Source: Paraspadella gotoi (lineage: Eukaryota; Animalia; Chaetognatha). From it: DNA of 64,000 bases. This document shows positions 33,401-59,700 of this stretch, piece by piece. The stretch spans positions 7,280,564-7,344,563 of the forward strand of contig CM119270.1 in the NCBI GenBank assembly GCA_051294375.1. Reading direction: 5' to 3'. The notes below the pieces were generated by a model, which was not told the origin of the DNA, searched no databases, and saw nothing but the letters and a program-made list of their open reading frames with translations. Numbering within the stretch: position 1 is the stretch's first letter; every line of letters begins with the position of its first letter. The position numbers and the translations under genes were made by a program.

Positions 33401-34842
33401 TCATCACTTTACTATCGTCACTTTATGATCGTACTAGTGTGAAAAAAAAAACAGTAAGTATATAACTAGTAAATTTTATCAAGCAAAGTTCCCAGATCGC
33501 TGCTTCACCCATCAAGATAAACTATGCTGTCGGTGGTAGAAATTATTGAGTAGTAATGAGACTGACTAACTTTTGAGTTTTACAGTTTTGGTATTAAAAT
33601 AATTGTTTGGTAGTTATATAATATATGTTACGTATAATGATCAATATATTACCGCAGGAAATTCCAGCTTCTCTACCTTTTTCCCCAACTGCTCTTTGTT
33701 CCCTTATCTAACGCAAGGATATTCCGGTTTCTCTGGCGATCACAGCGACACCTGTAGTTTCGATTATGTATTAAGTATATACTTAAGTACAAGTTTCCGA
33801 GGCAGTGTGTGGATGTTCTGATTGGTTGCCGCCGTTTCGATAGAATTCAGCCATGATTTCTATCGACGTGCAACTCTTCAGACTTCACTTAGTCTCACAC
33901 TGCGTTTTGCTACTTTTTTATAAGTTTTCTACAATTCGCATATAGATATTCTCGGAAACACGTTTTTTAATAAATAAGTTTTTGTGATCGCTGGATTGGT
34001 GGACTTTCTTTGTGATAGAGGCAACGTTTTTACAATTCTGGCTTCACGAAACAAGTAAGAGAATCTCTTTAAAATTATATATATATATTTACTGAGTGTG
34101 TATTTAAATGTTTTGTTCCCTTCGTCCAGGATTTCTAACTTTAGCTTCAAGAGAAGTCCTGGATTTTCGCATCGCACTTTGATCGTCCGCACTTTGTGAC
34201 GATCATCTTTGCCGAGACTTTGTCGTCAGCCATCTTGAGCTAAGTGGACCGGTGCCATCGTCTCTTTTGCGCCATCTTCCTCGAATTCCTCTACTTTGAT
34301 AGCGCAGAATTAGTTCAGGAAAGTTAGTGAATCAACGATAGCCACCTCTACGACTTCAGTTCGTTTACAGATATATATTCACTGTGACCTAAACTAACAT
34401 ATGGAAAAGTAGGACTAAAAATAACATGAATCAACATTTTATCCAATCAAAATTAGAAAGTAAATCATAATAAAATTAGTCAATTCACTGAATTCGATAA
34501 AAATCATAAACAATTAAAAAAAAACGAGGAAATAGTACAATATAAAATGATCCACATAACTTTTACAAGATATTGTCATAGTATGTCCCTGCAGCTTTAT
34601 AATCAAGAATCTCTCAGTCTACCTTAATTCACTTCCGGAGTAACTGGCTTCCTTATCAATGAAGAGAATGATATTTTAAAGAATTGTACAATTGTTTAAA
34701 AACCACTCCCTATTACTTTAAAAATTTATTATATCTCACCGATTAATGATAAGATAAAACAATTATTTATAACTTAATGGTCTTTATTTCTTTAGTCATT
34801 TTTATTTCATTAATTAGCAATTCTCTCGTCTTGATTTGATTT

Positions 34843-37597
34843 TTATTGCTTCTTGGCGTAAGGCTTGAAACAGTGGCGTTGAATCAACTCCTTCATGATT
34901 TCATTACTGCCCCATAAATTGCATGGACTCTCGCGTCAGCCAAGCTTTTGCATCGGAAACTCCCACATGTATCTGCAATTGAAAATAAATCATTTATAGT
35001 CAGTCGACAACTATTTATTAACCAAATAAAATATGTAGGCGAAAGAAGCATAAGATGTATAGAAACTTAGAAGAAAAAGAAAGAGAAAGAAAAAAAGAAA
35101 AAAAAGAAAAAGAAAAAAAGAAGAAAAAAAGAAAAAAAGAAAGTCTTTTCCAATGGAGCAGTCGATCTATCTCGTAAGGCTGAGTCCAAAATGTGTTTTG
35201 CAAATGAAATGATTAAAAAACGATGTAATGTCTTATGAAATATCAGTCTCTCTCCAAGGAACTCTTTCTTACCCCCATCCACCGTGCATCTGTAAGCATT
35301 TTGTGGCGACTTGATTCTCCATATCAGAGACCCAGTATTTCGCCATTGACGCTGTGGTCGAATCCAGCCCACGATCGTTGTGGATTTCATGGCACTTGTC
35401 CACAAAGGTTCTTGCCACGACCGTGTCTAATTTAAATAATTACCATTATCTTTATAAAGTTCACTGGGACTGCTTTTTGCTGAAAGGCGTTTCAGCTGCA
35501 TTTGTATTTGCCACTGAATCAAACTCACCCGTAAATACTTCAGCAATCTTGTGCTGGATTGTCTGCAGCTTGGACAGAGTTCCGCTGAAGGCCTTGCGTT
35601 CGGCGACGTAATTACGCGTCGTTTCGAACATAAACTCCATGGAAGCAGCGGCACCAGCGGCAATGGCGAGCCGCTCTTGTGGCAGATCTTGCATCAGCAT
35701 GTAGAAACCCTGGTTTTCCTTGCCTGATGCAAGATTCATTAAAAATAAATGTAGCTGTAAGTGACGATAAACAGGATTAAATAATATCCAAATTAAAATC
35801 GCCCAAAAGTTTATCAAATGTCTTTACGATCTCTGCTCTTTATACAATGTTCGTACCTAGAAGGGCGGACTGAGGCAGTCTGAGGTCGTCAAAAAAAAGC
35901 TCGGCCGTATCCTGCGCTTTAAGCCCGATCTTTTTAAGTTTTGATCCCTTCCTAAACCCGGGCATGCCCTGCTCGACAAGGAATAGGGAGATGCCATGGG
36001 CGGGCGACTTAGCCGAAGGATCGGTGTTGGCGACAACAATCACAACGTCCGACAACCACCCGTTGGTGATAAAAACTTTGCTCCCGTTAAGGATCCAATC
36101 ATCACCGACTTTCTTTGCCGTTGTGCGAATGCTCTGTTTGGGCAATTATAAATTATATACATATTAAAATAGTGAGGTTAAGAGAATAATGTTGATCGCC
36201 ATAGATCGTCAAAGATAAAAAGAGTTTATAAAATAAATAAAATATTTCTTTTTAATGATTTACTGACCGACTGATAACAAAGATGTAAAAATTACGCAAT
36301 TTAACAAAATTAAAATCTATTGAATAAACCTGAACAAAGCCAGGGGCAAGGTGATTAATGGATGGATAATTTTCATAGTATTGGTTGTACCAATTTAATA
36401 AACTAGAAATTAGAGAGCTAAAAAATTATTTTATTAAGTCTACTTTCCAGTTTTTAAATCCGTTTACTTTTAAAATTATAGTTTATTAGTAAAGTATAAT
36501 CACAGCGCCTACAATAATATATGTCAATTTAGCAATGTTAAACTGTATTGTAAAAACCAAATAATACGTATATTACGATATAATAAGTTACATTTTAAGA
36601 TTCCAATTGCTATACGAACTACGCAACTAACACCTGAAGGTCGCTCCCACATCCGGGCTCCGTCATCGCCAAGGCGCCTATCTTTTCCCCGGACAACATG
36701 ATTGGAAGAAATTTGGCGATCTGTTCTTCTGATCCGTATCTAATCGGAAGACAGCGATGACTCGATGACGCAAAATTTATCACATCATGCATGATAACAT
36801 ATATTGTATATTAATGCATAGAGTTGGTGGTAGGGAAAAAAAGTGAGTGAAGCTGGGAGAAAGGCAGAAAATTATTCATTAGTTAATTAATTTAATTTCT
36901 TAGATGACTAGGATGATCGTGAAAATCCCACCTGCTGATATAAGTCATGACGATGTCGTGCATGCCCCAGCCGGGTCCCGAGCAGTTGGCGTAGCAAAGC
37001 TCCTCAATGGCGACGACGGAAGCGAGCCAGTCTCCACCTGTCACAAAAAAATATATATGAATTCGAAAATTAGGAACATTTTTTATCTCGATTGTTCAAA
37101 GAGGAAATATCTATAATTTCTATAACTCATAAGCTACGTAATCTATTAATTTTACAACCAAAAATATTCCTCTCGCATTCCACATCGATTACGAAAGTCA
37201 AGTCAAATTTCCCACCCTGTCCTCCGTGCTTCTCGGGTAAGTCGATGCCGATTATCCCATTCTTCGCCGCCTTCAGCCACAGTTCTCGGTCGACCTCCCC
37301 TTGCTCCTCCCATTTCTCGTGATGAGGCGCCACCTCTTCCTGGACGAACCTGACGCGGGACAAGGGGGTTGGATCGTCCTTATCTTGTCCTTTTTTTTTT
37401 TATAGCCAATCGGTCAGTCTTTCTCTCTGGCCTCTTGTTTCTAACCTCCTGACATTAGCCCGCAGCATGTCGTGCTCTTCGCCGAAGATCGATCGCGTTC
37501 CGATCTCCATCAAATTCGTCGTCTCCCAATTTTCGGGTCGAATCGTCGCCGCCTCCTCTTTGGCCGCTGGACGCGCGAGTTGGCTGAGGGGAGAGTG

Positions 37598-37639
<42 letters not shown>

Positions 37640-37875
37640 CAATACTAATAGTAGGATATAGTGACAAATAAGACAAAGAAAATTGGAGAAAAAAAGGTGA
37701 CAAGAAAAACCTGGAATTAAAAGAAAGAAAAAAGAAAAAAAAACAAAGAAAATATGAGAAAAACCCACCTTGTAGAGGAACTTCCGGAGACGAGACGCCT
37801 AGCGGCAGGGAGGGCGGTAGGGCGACGACTGGAGAATAAGTGACGCGAGAGGCGCCCGACATTTGCCGACGCCAT
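34843..37875 (-). CDS. ACADL: Long-chain specific acyl-CoA dehydrogenase, mitochondrial
   Basis: Arg-rich presequence [18 protein letters not shown]; [89 protein letters not shown]; the last exon has single-base deletions, likely sequence error. Confidence 0.9.
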
Positions 37876-38885
37876 TCCTGACGAAAAAGAAAGATTATAT
37901 ATATATAATTACATTAGGTGATATTAGGTGATAAATTGACAACGTCGAAAGAGATCAAATAATAAAATACCAGCTTGATTCGTCACTAAGAATTCGATTC
38001 AGCGAGAAAGAAAACAAACTCAATTTCTTCTATCGCTTTTTATTTTCTAGTTTCTCGGTCGAATTGGAAATTACGTTTTGTCAAAAAAAAAAAAAAAAAG
38101 AATCTGAGTGTGTTGCTAATTTAATGTAATAGTTTTATCAAAGTTTTGTCCCAAATCCGTCGATTACGAGAATTAAAAATGAGTTCGAGCGAACTCCTGA
38201 TACTCGCTGAAAAAAACTGTTTAAACTGGTTTTAGTCAACTAAGTTCGGTCGATCGGCGTAAAAATAAAACTAAAGTAAAATTAAACTTATGCGAAATTA
38301 ATAAATATATACAAGACAAAAGATCTGGATTAGATAACGTTATTATTAACATCACGTATCTTAGAACCGAGTAATTGCGTCGGAAAATCAGGAAACAAGA
38401 CTTAGACAAGTCCCAGACGCAGGCAGATTATCGTAATGACTCAATGCAATTTGCCCTTTTGTTCGTCCTCGATTCCCAACTGGTTTTTAGTTAATTACGA
38501 CCCCAAAGAAAAACTAATTTATTTTAATTGTGTATTTATTTATATGTTTTGGTTAATGCTCGTGATGTGAATTATAATACGGACAGAAAATGAACATAAT
38601 TGTTCAATGTTCACAGTAAGACAAAATTGTTCACAGTAAGAGTTTTAGCTAGCTTGGCTCCTCGCCTACTTCTGGCCATCATTCAGCTCATTTTTTTTAT
38701 TTCTTCTCTCATAAATTCTATGAAATTGGTACAACCAATATTAAAAATCATTTAATTTTGTGCGTTAACAACGATAAACATTACTATAGGCCTGTAACTA
38801 ATTGAATAGCGAATGGCAAGTGTGCAGCTGCAATTATGCAACTTTTATTCTCATTTCGGTTTCTCGTTCCAGAAACAACAACGCA

Positions 38886-39774
38886 ATGAACGACGCCGGA
38901 AAAGTCAGCGGCACCGCAACGACGCTTATGTCCACCGCGGCGCTGAATCCCTCATTCGGCATAAACGTTCGAGGCTATAACGACGCCGTCGTTGACCAAC
39001 GCCGGGTGTGGCAGGAGCGCAGGGAGAGGAGCGTCATGGTGGGTGGGGGGGAATATGCCTTGGTAGCCTGTTTCGGTTAAAATTTCACGGTTGAAAGTTC
39101 ACTTTCACTTTCACGCTTTCACTAAAAAAACCCGATTCCATGTCCCCCGATCAATGTCATTCCCCTCCATGTCTTTCCCTCTCATTGTCAGCTAAAAGAA
39201 GATCCTTTCCTGGTGGATCGGAACCTTATAAAACAAAACGACTTCGCCGCCTATCACAAGTCGGCGGGACCCGGCGTCACGGAAGATGTTTGGAGGGTGG
39301 AGCGGACCGATGGCGGCGTCCACACCGTCACGCGCGCGTCGCAACGGCGGGCGGCGCACGTAGACTTCAACGACTCCTTCACGATGCCCGTGGTGGTGTC
39401 CATATTAGAGACACCGGGACAGAAGGTAAGGGATAAGGACTTAAGGTAAGAAATTAGCAAAGACTGGGAGGGGGCGTCGTGTTGTAGCACACTAAAACTA
39501 TAAGTTATTCCCCCTTTGAATATAAAAAACACGTTTACTTTAGGGATCATTGGACGCGTCGGGTACTCTGCAAAGGAATTCATCAGAGCCGTCAATATCA
39601 GTTTCTGAACTTAACAGTAACAATAGCAACAACAATGATAATACAATAGCGAAATCCACCCTTGCCAACTCCATCAAAGCTCAACTTAAGGAGCGCTCAG
39701 AGTCTACTGCGTATTACGAAAGCAACATCAACCCAATTACAAACATTAAAGGCAACAAAAATAATAAGTTGTGA
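38886..39774 (+). CDS. Unknown 3-exon protein (~205 aa), divergent from ACADL
   Basis: Exons ~38886-39038, 39192-39425 and 39544-39774 join in phase 0 at GT-AG junctions without stops. Confidence 0.6.
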
Positions 39775-40446
39775 AGAAAAAAAAATTAGGGTTATCTTTT
39801 ATCTTTTATTGTGAAATACAGATAAAAATTTTTGTCAAAGAAAAGAATAAAAAAATATAAAATCTTTTATTCAAGCGATGCTGGGGTTTTTCTTTGAAAG
39901 AGAAAGGGACAGAGGCACACTGTCAGTGTTTGACTAAATTTCGGGAAATGCGATTTACCGTATCACTATTCAGTATTTTGTATATGTAATTTAATTTTGA
40001 TCTCCACCCCGAGAATCTCGGCGCTACAATAATGCATTTCATTGCATCTTTGTTATGGAGAGGGGGGCCACGCGGTTTTTCGGTTAGTGTGGGAACTGCT
40101 AAGTGAGGAGAGATCTGACTGACCGTTTCAATTTCGTATTATGATCAACTTATGATCTCTGAAGCCTGCGAATGAGATACAAGGTAAATCGGCAACCAAT
40201 TTTGATCGACCTATTACCAATGCCATTGCATTGGTTTTATTTGAGCATCGCAAGTCGCTGTCTTTTCCTGTCCGATAGTCGATGGGATAAAACCTATGGG
40301 GAGACTTAATGGATTTCCCTAACAGGTGGGTTTCATCTTTAAATTTGTCCATATCATTATTAAGTCATTATTAATATTAATTCGTCCGTTTGCAATAATA
40401 TTTTTTTTTTAAAAATCTGTAACACCATTTCACTTTTCACAATCGT

Positions 40447-40490
40447 CCAATCAGCGACGTCTACTCTTGATCCCTTCAGCCAATCATAGC
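40447..40490 (+). promoter_or_regulatory. Paired CCAAT boxes upstream of the CHD gene
   Basis: tCCAATcagc and gCCAATcat about 32 bp apart, ~200 bp upstream of the ATG. Confidence 0.4.
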
Positions 40491-40682
40491 TAAGCCAGTC
40501 GTTACCTTTTAATTCTTTTAGTTCCTCTTCCTCCTCTCCATCGTCGCGTCGCAGTCGTTGAAAGGAAGAAGAACAAGCATCGCCACGCGCGAAAATACCA
40601 TATTTTTTATGAAAAAAAAAAACTAATTAAGTACTACTGGAATTTCAATAAAAATTGTGTTACCACTTCGCTGTAACCGACA

Positions 40683-52526
<11,844 letters not shown>

Positions 52527-54108
52527 TAGTATAACAACAACAACAACAACAACAATCCTGTTTCAATCTCCATCCAAGTCTCGAAACGTCTCCGTGGCAA
52601 TCTCTATCTCTCCATCACATTCCTATAGTTTTCATTGACGGACTTTCGTTAATCCCTCTCCGCCCCCCCCCGTCTTTCCAAATTGCGACGAAAAATATCC
52701 GCTTCAATCTTTTTACGTTTTCGTCCGCGGTTTGAATGTCTTAATCAATATTTATGACAAATTCGATAAACTGTTTGTTTGTCGCTATTATTTTTAATTA
52801 ATTTTTGCAACCCCCGTTACGGTGGAAAACGAATTGATAGCCATATAAAAGTTGAGCCACTTTTTTTATTGATTTCTTACGTCGTTTCTTCGATTGTATT
52901 TATTTAGTTTCCATCGTTTCGATAGCCCAATTTTTTCTATAGTCTCGAGTAGGTTTTTTTCTCTCTCTCTCCTTTAATCGAAATTTCGTTTCTCTGTTTT
53001 CGCCTTCATTGTTTGTTTTTAATCACCAATAGACCTCCAGTAGCCACGACCTATATGTTTTTGTTTTGCCTATTTAAATTAAAAAAGGTCCTTTCAAGCT
53101 CGTTAAATTCGTTCATTATCGGCACAACAGCACAACTTCAACAAAAACAGCCTTAGCCTTCGGGTTGAGTGAGATACTTACCTTAACTTATCGAAGTAAT
53201 TCTCATTCTGATGTTTGTAAATTAATATTGAGTTGGTCTAAAATTTCGTTTTAATATTTACAATCCCATGCAACGACTTGGAGAGTGGGCTCGCATTTGG
53301 CGAACCCTCTCAAGCCATTTGTTTCCTGGTCTTCGCAGCCGAGACCAGATGTCAGCATCGTCGATGACCTAAATGACTTTTGTTCGTCGCCGCCTCCTGG
53401 ATGTCCCAATTTCTCACGTCCGGACAGGACGAAACTCGAACCGGACACCTCGTCACGTAACTCAACACCTGTCGTCCTAAATCACAGCCCGTTGGTCCGT
53501 TATTGGGAAGGAGTCTGGTGAGAGAGGTGGAAAGAGCACTGCAAGTTGGAATACTTGTAATTATAAATTCTGCTGAGAAAGCTTGTTTCATTTCTGTGAG
53601 TCATCCTTTCCGGATTGTCTCGTGCTCGTCATGTGCAGCGACACAAGCAATTTTAATCGTAGTCGATTTGACTGATTTAAAACTCCGAAAAAAATTGTTA
53701 TTATTTTAATTTTTGAGTTAATAGTTGCTTTCCCTTCCCCTTTTAGATTTTTGTACCCCTCCCACTTCCTGTCCACGATGCCACGCCCACAAGTGCCTCT
53801 ACCTTCTCAAACACTTACCTATATTATGATCGAGAATTCTCGGATCTCTTGAACAATTAAATTAATTGTGTTGTGTGAATTCGTTCAAGATCATTGACTA
53901 TAGCTGGAAAAATTAAACGTCCCAGCCTGGGTTCGATTCGCGCACCTCCTTTTCCGGATCTCCCGCGGTGCCTTGGGAGGCCGCTCTGCGGCGCGCCAAT
54001 CGATTGCCGAGCCCAGCACCGCGCGTTCGGCCCAGCACCTCGCCGTCCTCCGTCCTTATTTTATTTTTATTCTCGTTCCGTAAAATTTTCTACGGTTCCG
54101 CCCCAGCG

Positions 54109-57100
54109 ATGATTCATTCCTCCACAGGTAATTTTCAAGTCGGCGTTTCGTGCTTTAAATCTCCTCGAGTATATTTTACGTCATTTAGTGACATGTGCGA
54201 TTAAAAAAGAAAGCTGGTTTTGGTTTTTCTGAATTTCGTCTGCCTCGTTTTTGTATTTGTGAGTTAAAGCTTTGTTTTTGGAAAGGAAATAAAATTTCTC
54301 ACCTAAATATATTGTAATTGAACTTTTAAATTAAATGCCAAAGAGTAATATTAAAATCTGAAAGACGAGATAGATACTCATTAAACAAGGTAAAAACATG
54401 AAACTTTCTCCGAAAACTATGAAACTTCGTCGCCGCTCGTCCTCTTGTCCGTCTCTCTTTGACCGGTTCCTTCCTGTTCCGTCAGGTGGCGCCTCCGGAC
54501 GCCCACCTCCCACGCCCACCCCTCTCTCCGCTTCCACCTTCACCACCTACGTGGACGAGTCCCCCAAACTCTGCGGTTTCCTTTTGAAGCAGAGCGACTC
54601 ATCCGCCGCCAATTTCGCCGCCTCCAAAGCCGCTTCCGCCGCCGCCTCCTTCGGTAGAAACAACCATATTTACTATGTCGTGCGTTAACTAAATACTAAT
54701 TAGCGTCCCTCGTTTCGATCCTCAGGACTGACCGCAAACGCTGGCCGTTTGCCCATGAGAAGAAAATGGTTTGTTTTTAACGAGACGACGTGCAGGTTTG
54801 TTCATCGGATCATTCCATAACTATGTTCACTGTTCAGCCATTCGCCCAATCTGATCGTTGATCCTTTGACATGGCGAAATGACCTCACTCTCCCTCACTC
54901 TTCTCTCTTCGACCCTTACCTCCCATTCCTCTCTTTCTTCAGGCTCTACTGGTACAAATCCCCTTCCGACTTAGATCCTCTCGGCGAAGTGGACATCGCG
55001 GCGGCCTCCTTCGAAGTCGTCGTCGAAAATCCTAAAAACCTGGTCTCCTTTAGAATCAAGTCAGTGGGCGTGTGATGGTTGTTGTTGTTGTAGTAGTAGT
55101 TTGTTTTTGTCGTTGTTTTAAAAGCAATCGAAAAACTATCTGAGTGAACTTCATGACCACCCGCCTCTGTTCTTTTATCTCCTCTTTCTTACTCGCTCTT
55201 TTTCCTGGAGCTTATTTTGAGTAGGTACTGTATTTCTTCATTTCTTCTTTAACTTGGCCCTCTTTCTTTCTTCCCAGCACGCGCGAGCGCAGCTTGACCC
55301 TGGAAGCTCCGGATCGGAAGACGATGCTTTACTGGCTCCAGGAGCTCCAATCGCATCGTCAACGTCACGTGAAGACTTTGACGAGATCGAGCGCACTCGG
55401 GATCAAGATTCCCGCGAGGCCGTCACCGAGGTGAGGAGAATTTGGAGAGAGGGGGGGCCCTGGGTAGGGGGCGATTGGGTCATCACAGAAAAAAATGGTC
55501 GAAACCGCAAAATTTTTAAAATTTACTGAAAATAAATATCGTTCGAGAAAATGTTTGTTTTTTTTTTTACGAATCCGATTTCGATATTTTATTCGTTTAA
55601 AAATTTTTGCGGTCATTTTTTTTAACCCATTCAAATTTTATTTCCCCGCTCTTTAGTTTACAATCTCGAAAATCAAAAGATTATTTCTTTTTCTCCTTCT
55701 TTCTCCTCTTTCCTTTTTACTGCCATCTCCACCTTTATCATTCTCCCTTAAGAATCCGCCGCAAAGACAATTCCGCCAAAGAGAACGCCGCCGACGCCGC
55801 TCCTACGAAAGACTTCGGCGCCGAATCTGCACAGCGCCGCTCCGACGGCACATTCGACGATCTCCTTCCTCGCGTTTCGGTGCCCATCGACTCTGTTGGC
55901 ATCGGTAGCGCCATCCTGGGTCCCGCGGCGTCGTCCGGCGCGTCCTCCGGCGCTTTTGTTCGAAAGGAATCGCTCAGGGGCAAAGTTATGAAACTCCTTC
56001 CAGGAAGGCGGGGCGACGGCGGCGGCGGCAGCGTCGGTGGCGGCGGCGCCGCCGAGAGAAGAAGAGGTTCGGCTGGGATTCCGTCATCCGGTTCGGCAGA
56101 GACGGCGCGGGATTCGCCTCCGCCTTCGTCGTCGTCGTCGCCGCCGAATTTGATCGACTTTGGCGATGAAATTCCGTCGCCCGAAGTAGACGTCATTTCG
56201 CCGCCGATGGACGGAATTCGAATTCTTGCCAAGTGAGACCAAGGAGGTTGCTGTTGTTGCTGTGCATTTTTACTGGTTTCTGATTTTAATTTTTTTCTTT
56301 CCCTTGGTTTCCGATTTTTTTTTTTCTATTTCTGATGATCATCTTGCAAAGATGTCAGCCTTCCCGGTTTTTTCGAATACCAAATAATTGACTAGTATTT
56401 ACTTTATACAGTCCTGTGCAAAAAAAACGCGCCACTTTCTTTCAAACTTTAAAAATCATTTTATAAATTTAAATTTTTATAAATTTTATTAAAATTAGGA
56501 GCAATGATTTTTTAAAATAAAATATTTTACTGTAAAACTGATAGATTTAAGATTAATTTTTTTGGTTAATATTTTATAATACTTAAGTAGATTAAAAATA
56601 TAAAAAAATATATTGGATATCCGGAGGGATAATTGGATTACCCCAGATCCTTAAATAATATTTTTAAGGTTATTTAAACATACGATAAAAGATAGGTTCA
56701 TGATTTTAAAGGTTTTATACGGATTTTATATAGCTAAATTATCGGATAAAATGATTTCATATTTTGTACCCAGATAAAAAAATAATTGTTTTTTATTTTT
56801 TAAATTTTATTAGTCCAGCTTGTTTACTTTGTTAATTATGTGCTCATCAATTGCATGATCGAATTTTAAAAAAAAGATTATATTTGAATATGTCCTTATT
56901 ATAAAATATATTTTTATAAAAAAATATTTAAAATTTTGGCTTTTTTTACAGATATAAATATGTTTAGCAATTTGAATATCAAAAACTTTTTCACAACTAT
57001 AATAAAAGTCTTTTTTATAAAGAGTCTGAAATTTAAAGTTATAAAGTGGCGCGTTTTTTTTTTTTTTTGCACAAGACTGTACTTTAATAATTTATGGACG

Positions 57101-58947
57101 AGTATTTGTGAATCATTATAGAGAATATCCAGTTTGATATCTGTAAACTATCTCCAGATCCCCCGATCTCCACCGTCGCGCTTTCGCCTCCGGCTCCGCC
57201 GCATCCGCCTCCGCCGCATCCGCCTCCGCCGCATCCGCCTCCGCCGACCAAAAAATCCCCATTCCGGATTCGTCTTCTTCGGAGGCGGCGTCGACCTCCT
57301 CGCTCCACAATTCATCTTCGGCCGCCATCACCACGTCGGCTCCCAACGTTTCGTCCCCTTTGTCGGTCGCCAACGCGTCCTCCGTTATGTCGGCTCCCGT
57401 AGCCGCCTCATCTTCCTCGTTGCCCGAAGCGTCAAATCAAAATTCTTTTACGACCGGTAAGGACTGTAAGCATTTTTTGAACCGAAGATTGATCAGTTTC
57501 GTAATTTTATAATTAATGAGTGAATTGTGGCAGCAAGACTTAAAGCTGCCTCACTGCTGTCCATCCTCAGACTCGTCTCAATGGCTGAGCAGGATAAATC
57601 ATCTCATTCCATCCGTGCGTCCCGGGTTCAATCCCCGGGTGTCCCGGTTCTGGCTTGAATGTGACGGTGCCGGTGTGAACATGCCAGTGGCGGGAGGCGG
57701 TCACTGGGGGTCCGCGGCCCCTGCGCCAGTTGGTGAGATGCCCCGCGCCCCGGGTGTCACAGGCTGTCCTCCCGTTGCCATAGAATCTCATTTGAAATGA
57801 ACCACAAATTATTCTGCTACATTTGTGGCGTCTAGTTAATTTAAGAAATCACTCATATATACTTTTCTCCCTTTAAGGGTTGTCCAATTTGTTCAAGCAC
57901 AAAAACGTTTCGCCGTCCGCCTCCGCAAACAACGTGAGAGTTTAAAACAACCAAAAAGACAATGACTAATAAAAAGAGAAAATGAAAGGAAAAATACTAA
58001 TTACTAATTACTAAAATCAGCAAGTAACTTGAAAATTGTTATCAGAATTTGGGTGGCCTTTTTAGGTCGCATGATCTCGCCACACGGAAATAAACCTAAT
58101 TGCTCCAATCCAGTTTTTCCCTCCTTTCAACTGCTACGCCCCATTTCTCCAGCTATCCCCCAACCTTCCCTGCCACCGCTGCGCCGCTCTCTCATCCGAA
58201 CTCTCCGCCGCGCGGCGCGAGATCGAGTCTCTACGCGACGAACGCGAGGCGCAGCGCGACTGTCACGCAATCTTGACACAGCAGCTCGAATTTCAGCAGC
58301 GAAAGCTCGATGCCCGCGACGCCGTGGACGACCCTAGTGAGAAAAAGGGATAATTCCATTTCCATAATTAATTTTTCAGGCTCGAATGTCCAATTTCCAA
58401 CCTCCCCCCCTCTGCACCCCCCACCCCACCATCCTCTTCCACCTTTAATTCACTACCATTCTCACCTTCCATCGACACTCTTCGCTAGGTGAGTTCCGCC
58501 AATGGGTCGAGGACCGCGAGCAGGAGCTCCTCGACCTCCGCTCTGTCCTCCGCAAAAACCACGAAGATTTGGAGATTCGTCGTCGCCGCAACTCCGAGTT
58601 GGAGGCGGAGGCGAAGCGGGCGACGGAGAAGGCGGAGATGCTGATGGAGTTGGTCGAGTGCAAGGACGAGGTCGTCCGGAAACTCACCAATCAGCTCTTC
58701 GAGGCGGAGAGACGCGTCGAAGAGGTAGGTTTATTATAGCTACTTCTTTCCTCTCGTTCTTATCTATTTCTGGCCTTTTTCTTCACTATTTTCTTTGTAT
58801 TTATCTTCGTGTTTTTTTAATCAAAAACCTTATTTCAACTTCCATTTCTTAATACTTTCCTTCATTTGTCACAGATTTTTTCCTCCCACACAATTTTCTT
58901 TTTATATTTATTTCTCGCTCGTCGCTCTCTCTCTCTGCTGCTTCTCT

Positions 58948-58981
<34 letters not shown>

Positions 58982-59669
58982 CTCTCCTCTCTTGGGAGCC
59001 GGTAATCTTCCTTTTAGACCCGTGGAATCGAGACTACCCCCGCCCCCTCAGCCGCCGCCCTTCGACGCCCTCCCCCCTAACGTCTTCCGCCCACGCTCTC
59101 CGTCGCTTAATCTTTTTTTTTCGCCGAAACTTCAGTTAAGCGGAAGTCACGCCCACGCATCGGGCTCCTCCCCCGGCGCCGTTCCTGTCGCCGCTTCTCC
59201 CGGCGCCGCAGCCGCTGCCCCCGTCTCCGGCACGTGCGATCACTGCGAGGCGCAGTTGGTCGACCTGGAGATGGAACTCGCCGCCTATAAATTTCAGAAT
59301 CAGGTGGAGGGAGGATGAGGTGTGGGGAGGAAGTTGGAGGGGAAGTGGGGGGGAAGTGTGAGTTAGAGAGCAGTGGGGATGAATATAACGAAAAGGATGA
59401 AAAAAGTTAGTAAGGAAGGAAGGTGTTAAATTTAAATAGAAACATGGACTTCGGGATTTCTGTTGTATTAAAGAAAAGTATTCTTTATAACTTTAATGCA
59501 TTTTCTTTTGTCGCATATTATTTTCTCCCACAAAATTTCTTTTTACATTTTAAACTCTTCTCTCTCTCTGCTCTCTCTCTCTTTCTTTCTCTCTCTCACA
59601 CTCTTTCTTTCTCTCTCTTCTTTCTTTCTCTCTTCTCCTCTCTCTCTTCTCCTCTCCTCTCTCTCTCTC

Positions 59670-59700
<31 letters not shown>

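Noticed and set aside
34843-34975. Three single-base deletions in the last ACADL exon suggesting a pseudogene or recoding
   Set aside because: Protein sequence is otherwise conserved and the surrounding region shows the same indel pattern, so sequencing error is more likely
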